Shown here: one piece after another, positions 23,842 through 31,915 of the stretch
Layout of the letters: the number at the start of each line of letters is the position of its first letter
Numbering within the stretch: position 1 is the stretch's first letter
Assembly (NCBI GenBank): GCA_013152685.1
Contig: JAADFX010000130.1
Coordinates: forward strand, 13,913-62,453
Length of the DNA stretch: 48,541 nt
Source: Methanobacteriota archaeon
Lineage (GTDB): Archaea; Hydrothermarchaeota; Hydrothermarchaeia; Hydrothermarchaeales; BMS3B
Direction: 5' to 3'
Program-made: the position numbers and the translations under genes
The notes under the pieces: model-generated
What the model was told of the DNA's origin: nothing
Databases searched by the model: none
What the model saw: the letters and a program-made list of their open reading frames with translations, nothing else

Positions 23842-25065
23842 ATGGAGAAGCTTGTGACTCTCAAGAGGGCGCGCGAGATTATCAACTCCCTCAGGGAGAG
23901 GTGCTACTTCAACCGCACCACTGAGCTAGTGGAGGTTGACACCTCCCTGCTCGGCAGGGAGCTCGCCAGGGATGTGCCCGCCCCGGAGGACTCCCCTCCC
24001 CACGACATCGCCAGCTACGACGGGTATGCCATGCGCAGCGACGACGCCAAGCGTTATCCGCTGCGCATTGTGGGAAGCGTGTATGCGGGCGACGCCTACG
24101 AAACCCTGCCCGAGCTGGGCGAGGGTGAGGCTGTGTACGTCGCCACGGGTGCCTTTCTGCCCCCGGGCGCCGACTGCGTGCTGCGCTTGGAGGATGCCCG
24201 CGTTGAGGGCGACCTGCTCTACGGCATAGACATCCAGAGGGGCACAAAGGTCGTGCCCCGTGGGAGCAACTACCGGAAGGGTGAGGTGGTGCTTAGGGCA
24301 AAAACAAGGATCCGCGCCCAGGAGTTCGGGATACTCCACGGCCTCGGCGTTGACAGGGTGGAGGTCTTCCGCAGGCCCAGGGTTGCGGTATTCGCCACAG
24401 GAAACGAAATCGCCCGCGGGATAATCAGGGACGTAAACTCCTTCGTGGTGCTCGCGCTGCTGGAGCAGTGGGGGTGTGAGGCGGAGTACCTGGGAGCCAT
24501 CGAGGACGACTACGACGCAACTGTGAGCGCCATCTCCCGGGCCGCGGAGGAGTACGACTGCGTTGTCACCAGCGGCGGTGTCAGCGTCGGGCGGCGGGAC
24601 TATGTGCTCCGCGCCATCGAGGAGCTGGGCGACGTGCTGCTCTACAAGGTGAAAACCCGCCCCGGCAAGCCGGTGGCGGTTGGAGTGGTGGGCGAAAAGC
24701 CGGTGTTTGCGCTGCCCGGCAAGCCGACGGGCGCCCTGGTGGCGGCACTTCTCCACCTCCGCAGGTACTTCCTGGGCAGGGGCGAGGAGCCCTTCGTCTT
24801 CGCGAGAATTACCGAGGACATCCTCCTCTCAACGAAGGACACGGACGCCCCCGACATCGCAAACCTGGTGTTTGTGCACCTGGAAAACGGCTCTGCCCGG
24901 CCCATAGGCTTCCCGGGGAGTGAGATGCCGCTGATGAAGAGGGGCGAGCGGTACAACGTCTCCGCCATCGCCTCCAACCTGCGCAGCGCCCTGGTGGACG
25001 GGTATGCGATTGTGGAGAGGGACACCCGGAGGGGTGAGCAGGTAAAGGTTCACCTGTTTACGTGA
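23842..25065 (+). CDS. moeA: Molybdopterin molybdotransferase MoeA
   Basis: The ATG at 23842 follows GGTGG. The sequence shows the MoeA pattern (SYDGYAMRSDD, GEAVYVATGAFLPPGADCVL, VAVFATGNEI, VVTSGGVSVG..D, KPGKP). Confidence 0.88.
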   Translation: MEKLVTLKRAREIINSLRERCYFNRTTELVEVDTSLLGRELARDVPAPEDSPPHDIASYDGYAMRSDDAKRYPLRIVGSVYAGDAYETLPELGEGEAVYVATGAFLPPGADCVLRLEDARVEGDLLYGIDIQRGTKVVPRGSNYRKGEVVLRAKTRIRAQEFGILHGLGVDRVEVFRRPRVAVFATGNEIARGIIRDVNSFVVLALLEQWGCEAEYLGAIEDDYDATVSAISRAAEEYDCVVTSGGVSVGRRDYVLRAIEELGDVLLYKVKTRPGKPVAVGVVGEKPVFALPGKPTGALVAALLHLRRYFLGRGEEPFVFARITEDILLSTKDTDAPDIANLVFVHLENGSARPIGFPGSEMPLMKRGERYNVSAIASNLRSALVDGYAIVERDTRRGEQVKVHLFT

Positions 25066-25076
25066 GGTGGTAAAGG

Positions 25077-25673
25077 ATGGAAGCTGAAGAGAGGGAAATT
25101 GTGGAGCTGGCGGAGAGGCTCCACGGTCACCTCGCACCCGGCATAGCGCTCGGCGTCAGGATGGCATCGCTGGCGCTCAGGAGGCTGGGCACACGGCGGG
25201 GTAGCAAGAAGCTCATAGCGATAAGCGAGACTGCGCGCTGCCTCGCCGACGGAATGCAGGCGGCCACCGGCGCAACCCTGGGGCACGGCAACGCCTTCGT
25301 GGAGAACTACGGCAAGCTCGCCCTCACCGTCGCAAGGAGCGACACCATGCAGGGCTACCGGGTCGCCCTCCGCAGGGACGCCTGGCGCCACTCCAGGCTG
25401 ATGAAGAAGTGGATGCTCAGGGAGGGCAAGCTGACCAGGGAGGAGGAGAAACGCCTCGCCGAGGAGCTCCTGAACCTGGGCGAGGAGTGGCTCGAGGTCA
25501 CCCCGGTCAGGGTGAACATGGATGTGCTCTTCGAGAACTCCAGGATAGTGAGGTGCTCCTCCTGCGGCGACCTGGTGCCCGAGAGGCTCAGCATCGGTGA
25601 AAACGGAAGCCGCATCTGCAAGAGCTGCGCCGGCACCGGATACTACCGCATGGCCGAGTGTGCGCTGGTGTAG
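25077..25673 (+). CDS. FmdE-family protein with C-terminal zinc ribbon
   Basis: ERLHGHLAPGIALGVRMA and CLADGMQAATGATLGHGN are typical of FmdE. The C-terminal CSSCGDLV...CKSC forms the zinc ribbon. Confidence 0.78.
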   Translation: MEAEEREIVELAERLHGHLAPGIALGVRMASLALRRLGTRRGSKKLIAISETARCLADGMQAATGATLGHGNAFVENYGKLALTVARSDTMQGYRVALRRDAWRHSRLMKKWMLREGKLTREEEKRLAEELLNLGEEWLEVTPVRVNMDVLFENSRIVRCSSCGDLVPERLSIGENGSRICKSCAGTGYYRMAECALV

Positions 25674-25680
25674 GCGGCTG

Positions 25681-26088
25681 CTACATCACCATGACCTCTC
25701 CGTCGCGGGTGACCGCCACCTCTATCTCGGAGAGCACCCGCCTACCCCGGATCTTATCCCCCGCCCCCTGCTGTATGAGCACCGCCAGCGACGGGAAGCT
25801 GTAGGAAATCCATATCCCCGCCTCATCCGCCCTGCGGTATATCTCCCTGACCGCCTGGTTCAGGTCTGTCTCGGGCTTGATCACCACGCTCAGCGGTGCC
25901 TCGAGCATCTTCACCAGCCGCAGGGTGTTCTCCGCGCGCTTTATGTTCTCCCTCGCCTTCCTCTCCGTCGCCGAGACGTTGGCAACCGTCGTCCCCAGGC
26001 GCCGGGCTATCTCGCTGGTGGTGAGCCCCTGAGCCTTCAGCTTCAGCACCTCAATCTGACGCTCCGTGAGTACAGTATCACGGACCAT
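25681..26088 (-). CDS. tfx: Tfx-family DNA-binding transcriptional regulator
   Basis: The N-terminal LuxR/sigma-r4-like HTH is LTERQIEVLKLKAQGLTTSEIARRLGTTVANVSATERKARENI. The size and C-terminal domain match archaeal Tfx. Confidence 0.75.
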   Translation of the reverse strand: MVRDTVLTERQIEVLKLKAQGLTTSEIARRLGTTVANVSATERKARENIKRAENTLRLVKMLEAPLSVVIKPETDLNQAVREIYRRADEAGIWISYSFPSLAVLIQQGAGDKIRGRRVLSEIEVAVTRDGEVMVM

Positions 26089-26584
26089 GGTGCAGGAACC
26101 TCTCCTCTATGAAGTCAGCCAGCCTGTCGGTATCGTCGAAGCCGAAGACCTCACACCCCGCCCTGAGCTCAGTGTCGCTGACCACGGCAACAATCTCACC
26201 GCCGGCGGCGCCCGTGAACAGCTTCAGGTCCTCGTCGCCGGTTGCCACCAGGATCTTAGGCGTCTCCGCCCTGGCATAGCCCTCCGTCAGCACCAGGTCC
26301 ATGTCCCCCATGTAGCGGGAGACGATGTCCCTCAGGAACATCTCCTTCGGCGTGGTGCGCATCAGCACCAGGCGATCCGGGGAGGAAATCGCCACCACGT
26401 CCGCGCCCGCCGCCGCGTGCCTCCAGGTGTCCTTGCCCGGCATGTCCATGCTGAAGCCGTAGTGGATGTGGTGCTTTACGGTCCCCACCCGGTACCCCCT
26501 CGCCTTGAGGGCGGCTATCAGACGCTCGAGCACCGTCGTTTTGCCCGCCTTCTTCCTGCCAATAACCGAGATTACGGGGGGCAT
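26078..26584 (-). CDS. mobB: Molybdopterin-guanine dinucleotide biosynthesis adapter MobB
   Basis: P-loop GRKKAGKTT, then GYRVGTVKHH...DMPGKDTWRH. Confidence 0.88.
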   Translation of the reverse strand: MPPVISVIGRKKAGKTTVLERLIAALKARGYRVGTVKHHIHYGFSMDMPGKDTWRHAAAGADVVAISSPDRLVLMRTTPKEMFLRDIVSRYMGDMDLVLTEGYARAETPKILVATGDEDLKLFTGAAGGEIVAVVSDTELRAGCEVFGFDDTDRLADFIEERFLHHGP

Positions 26585-26656
26585 GTTAAATGATGCAGTT
26601 TTAACTGGATATAAATTTTGCGGAATCCGGGGGATAGTTAAACAAAGTAATTTAAG

Positions 26657-27343
26657 CTACTTGCGCATGCTGCGGGACGCCAGGCGCAGCCACCCGTCGA
26701 AGAAGACCTCCGCCCAGCGGTTGAGCTCCGCCACCCTCTGCTCCAGGTTGTGCAATATCTCCTCCCGCCTCTCGGGCACCTCCCTCACCCAGTCGCGCAC
26801 CATCTCGGCGGTGACCTCCAGGTGGTACTGCAGCGCGTAGCTCCTGCCTGTTCGGAATGCCTGGTGCGGGTAAAGCTCGGAGCCGGCGAGCAGCCTCGCC
26901 CCGGCGGGCAGGTCGAAGGTTTCGCCGTGCCAGTGAAAGACCTCGAGGCGGTGAGGAAAGGCTGAGAAAACCTCATCCCGCCTCCCCTCCCCGGTGAGGG
27001 TTATCGGGTACCACCCCAGCTCCCTCTCCCTGCCGGGGTACACCCTCGCACCCAGGGCGCTTGCTATCAGCTGCGCCCCCAGGCAGATGCCGAGGAGCGG
27101 CTTCTCCACCTCAAGGGCGCGCCTTATGAGCGCCTTCTCCTCCGCCAGGTAGGGGTAATCGGACTCCTCGTTTACGCTCATCGGACCCCCCAGGAACACC
27201 AGGAGGTCATAATCCAGGGCGCCCTCCAGGTCGTCTCCCCTCCACAGGCGCCGGTACTCAACCTCTATACCGCGCGCCTCTGCAAGCTCCTCGAGGCAGC
27301 CCAGGTGCTCCCCCTCCGCATTCTCAAAGGCCAGGAGCCTCAC
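26657..27343 (-). CDS. Class I glutamine amidotransferase-like protein (GMP-synthase-type GATase1)
   Basis: Nucleophile elbow LLGICLGAQL. A later H-x-E lies in LQYHLE. Size is about 228 aa. Confidence 0.75.
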   Translation of the reverse strand: MRLLAFENAEGEHLGCLEELAEARGIEVEYRRLWRGDDLEGALDYDLLVFLGGPMSVNEESDYPYLAEEKALIRRALEVEKPLLGICLGAQLIASALGARVYPGRERELGWYPITLTGEGRRDEVFSAFPHRLEVFHWHGETFDLPAGARLLAGSELYPHQAFRTGRSYALQYHLEVTAEMVRDWVREVPERREEILHNLEQRVAELNRWAEVFFDGWLRLASRSMRK

Positions 27344-27352
27344 ACAACAACC

Positions 27353-27565
27353 TCAGCAGGAGCTGTGCTCTATAGCTCCCTCGGGGCACGCCTCCACGCA
27401 GGCGCAGCACTCTATGCAGTCCGCCACGCGCGGCGCAGTGCTCTTGCCGTCCACCAGCTCGTAGACCTCCGCCGGGCACACGTCAACGCACTCCCCGTGC
27501 CCCTTGCACTTGTCGTAGTCTATCTTGATGGTCACATCAGCCTTGAACTCCCTTATGTCAGCCAT
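27353..27565 (-). CDS. Small 2x[4Fe-4S]-type ferredoxin
   Basis: 70 aa with CKGHGECVDVCP and CIECCACVEACP. Confidence 0.85.
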   Translation of the reverse strand: MADIREFKADVTIKIDYDKCKGHGECVDVCPAEVYELVDGKSTAPRVADCIECCACVEACPEGAIEHSSC

Positions 27566-27615
27566 GCCGCTACCTCCTAGGATAATTCTCCCGCTCCATC
27601 TATTTATACTTAGCG

Positions 27616-28044
27616 CTACGGGTGCTCCTCCACCCAGACCTCGCCCTCACTGGTGTACTCCTTCTTCCAGATGGGCACGTGCTTCTTCAGCTCATCTATC
27701 ACGTAGCGGCAGGCCTCAAACGCCTGCCTGCGATGCTCCGCCGCGGCAACGATGAGCACTATGTTCTCCCCTATTCCCAGCTCACCGTAGCGGTGGACCA
27801 CGGATATCTCCACCAGGTCGAACTTCTGCTTCGCCTGCCTTCGAATCTCCTCCAGCTTCTTCTCAGCCATCCCCGGGTAGTGCTCGAACTCCAGCTTCTC
27901 CACCTCCTTCCCCCGGGAGAAGTCGCGCACCGTTCCCAGGAAGGTAACTATGCCCCCTATTCTGCTCGACACGGCCTTTATGCGGTTTATCTCCTCCTCG
28001 ACGGAGAAGTCCTCCCTCTGCACGCGAACCCATTCGCCTGCCAT
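27616..28044 (-). CDS. moaE: Molybdopterin synthase catalytic subunit MoaE
   Basis: GGIVTFLGTVRD...LEFEHYPGMAEK...VHRYGEL.IGE..V.I..AA.HR..AF.AC.Y.ID.LK..VPIWKKE is the canonical MoaE pattern. Confidence 0.88.
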   Translation of the reverse strand: MAGEWVRVQREDFSVEEEINRIKAVSSRIGGIVTFLGTVRDFSRGKEVEKLEFEHYPGMAEKKLEEIRRQAKQKFDLVEISVVHRYGELGIGENIVLIVAAAEHRRQAFEACRYVIDELKKHVPIWKKEYTSEGEVWVEEHP

Positions 28045-28162
28045 AGAGCACCAGAGGTTAAGCGCAGACTACCATTGAAAAGTTTGGAATGCGGCTTAAC
28101 CTTAATATAGAGGGTGCGCCATATATTCATGCAGTCCGTTTCCGGGTGGAGGCAACAGGGTT

Positions 28163-29155
28163 ATGCAGCCAAAGATTCTGGTTGTTGATGACGAGGAGCT
28201 AATACGCCTCAGTCTCAGGAAGCTTCTCGAAAAGCACGGCTATCCCGTGGAGGTCGCCAGCTCCGCCTCCGAGGCTCTGGAAAAGCTGAAGGCGGACGGG
28301 TTCCGCATAGTCATCACCGACATAATGATGCCAGACATGGACGGGATAGAGCTCCTCAGGAAGATAAAGGAGCAGGACAGGGGCATTTACGTCATAATGA
28401 TCACCGCCTACGCCAGCCTGGAGCGCGCCATTGCCAGCCTAAAGTTCGGCGCCAGCGACTTCATACAGAAGCCCTACGAGAACAGGGAGATCATCGAGGC
28501 GGTTAAGAAGGCCGTCGAGACCCTCGAGGAGGAGAGCAGGGGGCCCGAGCTCGCCGTGTCGGTGAAGCCTGCCGTTATAGACGCCTTCCGCAGGACATGC
28601 CATGAGAGCGTCGCCGAACTTGCGGAGGCTGTCAGGAAGATAACCGGCATAGACACGAGCATAAAAATTGAGGGGCCCGTGGTGGAGGAGATAGAGAACT
28701 TCCCCAACCTGGTGGGAGGGGAGGGGATCGCCATGGTGGGCTCCTACGCCAGCCTCTACGGCGCCCTCAGCGGGAGCGCCACCCTGCTCTTCCCCATAGA
28801 GGATGCGATTCGCTTCATTGAGCTCCTCTCCGACAAGAAGGTCGACTACGCCGACTTTCCCAACCCCGACGACAGGGAGGTGCTCAAGGAGGTGGGGAGC
28901 ATAATCTCCGAGGACCACACCAGGAGGCTGAGGGAGCTCGCCGGTATAGACGTGAAGATTACCCCGGCAAGCTTCGTGGACCTGGTGTCGGGCAACTTTG
29001 TCTCCTTCCTGGAGCTGCGCACCGGCAGGAAGAGGCAGTACTACTTCGCCCACAAGCTGCTCTTTCAGATAGGGGGCGCCAAGCAGATACTCGGCTACCT
29101 GCTGCTGATTTTCGACCTGAGGAACATAGGGGTGCTTAACAGCCGCTTTCAGTAG
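28163..29155 (+). CDS. Response-regulator receiver protein with C-terminal domain of about 190 aa of uncertain family (weakly CheC/CheX-like)
   Basis: The REC domain shows ILVVDDEE, IVITDIMMPDMDG and KP. The C-terminal half has two pseudo-repeats with an EVG-x-I-type helix (LKEVGSIISE). It lacks a clear CheC E-x2-N motif. Confidence 0.65.
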   Translation: MQPKILVVDDEELIRLSLRKLLEKHGYPVEVASSASEALEKLKADGFRIVITDIMMPDMDGIELLRKIKEQDRGIYVIMITAYASLERAIASLKFGASDFIQKPYENREIIEAVKKAVETLEEESRGPELAVSVKPAVIDAFRRTCHESVAELAEAVRKITGIDTSIKIEGPVVEEIENFPNLVGGEGIAMVGSYASLYGALSGSATLLFPIEDAIRFIELLSDKKVDYADFPNPDDREVLKEVGSIISEDHTRRLRELAGIDVKITPASFVDLVSGNFVSFLELRTGRKRQYYFAHKLLFQIGGAKQILGYLLLIFDLRNIGVLNSRFQ

Positions 29156-29287
29156 ATAACCATCAACTTTTTATAGTACCCCCCGTTTAAAAATAGTTGA
29201 AGGGCAGCGCAGGGTTTTGGTCGGATTTCAGGGGTCTCCGGCACGCCGCCGCCCGCACACTGTGTGAGGCAGCAGGCGGATATAAAA

Positions 29288-31915
29288 ATGCTTCAAGGCG
29301 GAAAAATGGATGAGGACCTCAAGAAGGCCATAGAGTACCACAAAAGGGGAGAGTACGGGAAGGCGAGGGAGTACTACCTGAGGGCGGTGGGGAAGGACCC
29401 CGCCAATCCTAGGCTCCGGGTTCTCCTGGGGAACACCTTCTACTACGACGGACACGTGGAGGAGGGCATCGCCCAGTACAGGGAGGCGATAAGGATTGAC
29501 CCTGAGTACTGCGTCGCCTACTTCAACCTGGCGATTGCCCTGGAGCACAAGGGCGACGTTGAGGGAGCGATTGAGAACTACAGGAAGGCGATAGAGAAGA
29601 ACCCGGAGTATGCGGAGGCCTACGCAAACCTGGGCGCGCTGCTGAAGGAGTGCGGCGAGGTAGACGAGGCGATTACCTGCCTGAGGAAGGCGCTGGAGAT
29701 TGACAAGAGCCTAGAGGCGCCCCGCAAGAAGCTGCAGCAGATCCTGAATGAGGTCCACGAGCAGGTGAGGGTGAGGGAGAGGATAAGGGAGGCGGAGGAG
29801 TACATAAAGGACGGGGACATCTTCGAAGAGGTGGGGGACCTGGACAGGGCCATCGAGTGCTACAGGAACTCAATAAGGGTGTATCCCAGCATAGTGGGCC
29901 ACTTTCTCCTGGGTCTGGCCCTGGAAAAAAAGGGAGACATGAAGGGGGCGACGGAGAACTACAGGGCGCTCCTCGAGATGGACGTCTCCAACATCAGGGA
30001 CTTCACCGCCGACACCCTTAACATCCTGGGGAAGCGCCTCGGAAAGCTCAGGTTCACCGACGAGGACCTGGTGAAGATGCTCAAGAAGCTCCACTCCCAG
30101 GTCAAGGAGCGGAAGCTCTTCATCTCCATGATAGGCTACGTGATAAAGGAGTCGGTGCAGACCGCGGAGGACTACATAAGGCTCGGCTCGGAGTGCGAGC
30201 AGAAGGGCGACCTCCACAGCGCCGTGGACTACTACCGACGCGCCGTGGAGCTGGAGCCCTTCTCGCCCATGCCCTACTACATCCTCGGCCTGGCGCTGGA
30301 GCGCCTGGGCAGGAAGCAGGAGGCTATCCGCAACTACCAGCGCGCCATGGAGCTGGACATAGGCTCCCTGAACCCCGAGGCGTCCCAGAAGCTCGCCGAG
30401 GCTCTTGCCAGGCAGATAGGGAACGTGTACGTGAGCTTCCTCGACTCGAGACAGCTGCTGATGGAGTTCAAGGACTACGCCAGGAGCACCGGAGAGGCGA
30501 GCTTTGAGACCTTCCTGCGGCGCAAGATAACGGGCGAGGCGGAGAGCAAGATTGAGGAGGGCTACCTGCTGGACAGGGAGGGCACCCTGGACGTGGCGAT
30601 TCAGAGGTACCAGGAGGCCGTGGAGATAGACCCCAACAACCTGGTTGCCCACTACATCCTCGGCTTGGCTCTGGAGAGCAAGGGCGACTACGAGGGTGCC
30701 ATCCGCAGGTACCGGGAGAGCGAGAAGGTTGACCTGGACAGGGCTCCCAGGGAGATCTCCAGGAGGGTGATAGAAATCCTCAACAAGTACCTCACAAAGA
30801 CCACAAAGGACGGACACAGGGTGGGCACCATACTGATGAGGTACTTTGAGATCATCAGCCAGAACCCCGAGAAGATGACCCAGCTGCTGAGCTACATAGA
30901 GGACATAAAGCTCGACACCCTCTCCAAGATCCTCAAAACCTATGTGGAGAAGGCGATGAAGGAGGGTGGCGGCGGGGTAATAATACGCGACATGGAGGAC
31001 TTTGCGGAAAACGTGGAGGAGAAGCTCAAGCTGAAGAGGTCAGAGGAGCTGAGCCAGGTCAGGGTGCGGCTCGCCTGGAAGTACAAGACGGGCAGGGCGA
31101 TCAGGTGCGCCGCCATGTCCGCGGGAGGGGAGGTTATAGCCGGAGGCTCTGAAAACGGCAAGATATACTTCATCAACCAGAAGGGTGAGCTCATCTGGAA
31201 GAAGAAGAGGGAGATAATGATAGTGGACATCGACGTCTCCCCGGAGGGGGAGTACATCGCCGTGGGGCTGCAGAGCGGTGTGGTGGAGCTCTTCGACTCC
31301 GCCGGCGGGCTGGTGTGGAAGAGGGACTTCAGCAAGCACGGCGTCACCTGCCTGGCGGTCTCGGGGGGAGCGGAGTACACCACCGTCGCCACCAGGGACT
31401 GCAAGCTCATCACCCTGGACAGGTTCGGGGAGGTGGTGTGGGAGCGCTCCGTTGACGGGTACTGCACGAGGGTGGACATATCCCACAGCGGGAGGGAGAT
31501 TATAGCCTGCTCCGACGTCGGATTCATCTACTTCATCAGGAATGAGGGGCTGGTGATAGTGGACAGCATCCACGCCAAGGACACCCCCTACTCCGTCGCC
31601 GTATCCCCGGAGGGCAGGTTCTACGCCTCAGGCTCCACCTCCGGGAAGGTGTACCTGATGGACAGGGAGAAGCAGGTGCTCTGGAAGCAGGAGACCATGA
31701 GCCCCATCTACGGGCTGGCGGTGAGCAGGGATGGGAAGAACGTGGTGGCGGGGACCTCCGCGGGGGTGGTGTACCTCTACGACGAGAAGGGGGACCTCCT
31801 GTGGAAGTACCCCACGGGGGTAAACATCTGGGACACCGACATCTCAGAGGACGGCACCAGGACCATAGCCGGCTGCGGTCTTGTCTTCGGTGACATATAC
31901 CACTTCATCACCTGA
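29288..31915 (+). CDS. Large TPR-repeat protein with C-terminal 7-bladed PQQ/WD-like beta-propeller
   Basis: The N-terminal two thirds carry repeated A-x3-Y-x2-A-(I/L/V)-x2-(D/N)P TPR signatures (for example YREAIRIDPEY, YRKAIEKNPEY, YQEAVEIDPNN). The C-terminus has seven repeats of the type G.vy.....G..lWk. The start is uncertain (GTG 29264, ATG 29288 or ATG 29306). Confidence 0.78.
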   Translation: MLQGGKMDEDLKKAIEYHKRGEYGKAREYYLRAVGKDPANPRLRVLLGNTFYYDGHVEEGIAQYREAIRIDPEYCVAYFNLAIALEHKGDVEGAIENYRKAIEKNPEYAEAYANLGALLKECGEVDEAITCLRKALEIDKSLEAPRKKLQQILNEVHEQVRVRERIREAEEYIKDGDIFEEVGDLDRAIECYRNSIRVYPSIVGHFLLGLALEKKGDMKGATENYRALLEMDVSNIRDFTADTLNILGKRLGKLRFTDEDLVKMLKKLHSQVKERKLFISMIGYVIKESVQTAEDYIRLGSECEQKGDLHSAVDYYRRAVELEPFSPMPYYILGLALERLGRKQEAIRNYQRAMELDIGSLNPEASQKLAEALARQIGNVYVSFLDSRQLLMEFKDYARSTGEASFETFLRRKITGEAESKIEEGYLLDREGTLDVAIQRYQEAVEIDPNNLVAHYILGLALESKGDYEGAIRRYRESEKVDLDRAPREISRRVIEILNKYLTKTTKDGHRVGTILMRYFEIISQNPEKMTQLLSYIEDIKLDTLSKILKTYVEKAMKEGGGGVIIRDMEDFAENVEEKLKLKRSEELSQVRVRLAWKYKTGRAIRCAAMSAGGEVIAGGSENGKIYFINQKGELIWKKKREIMIVDIDVSPEGEYIAVGLQSGVVELFDSAGGLVWKRDFSKHGVTCLAVSGGAEYTTVATRDCKLITLDRFGEVVWERSVDGYCTRVDISHSGREIIACSDVGFIYFIRNEGLVIVDSIHAKDTPYSVAVSPEGRFYASGSTSGKVYLMDREKQVLWKQETMSPIYGLAVSRDGKNVVAGTSAGVVYLYDEKGDLLWKYPTGVNIWDTDISEDGTRTIAGCGLVFGDIYHFIT

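Noticed and set aside
26585-26656. C/D-box sRNA candidate (AATGATGC ... CTGG) in the mobB/GATase spacer
   Set aside because: The C box is imperfect, there is no proper CUGA D box, and there is no terminal stem. It is more simply promoter or terminator DNA.
29870-30817. 315-aa minus-strand ORF
   Set aside because: It is antisense to the TPR protein gene, which has clear repeat signatures. This is a shadow ORF.
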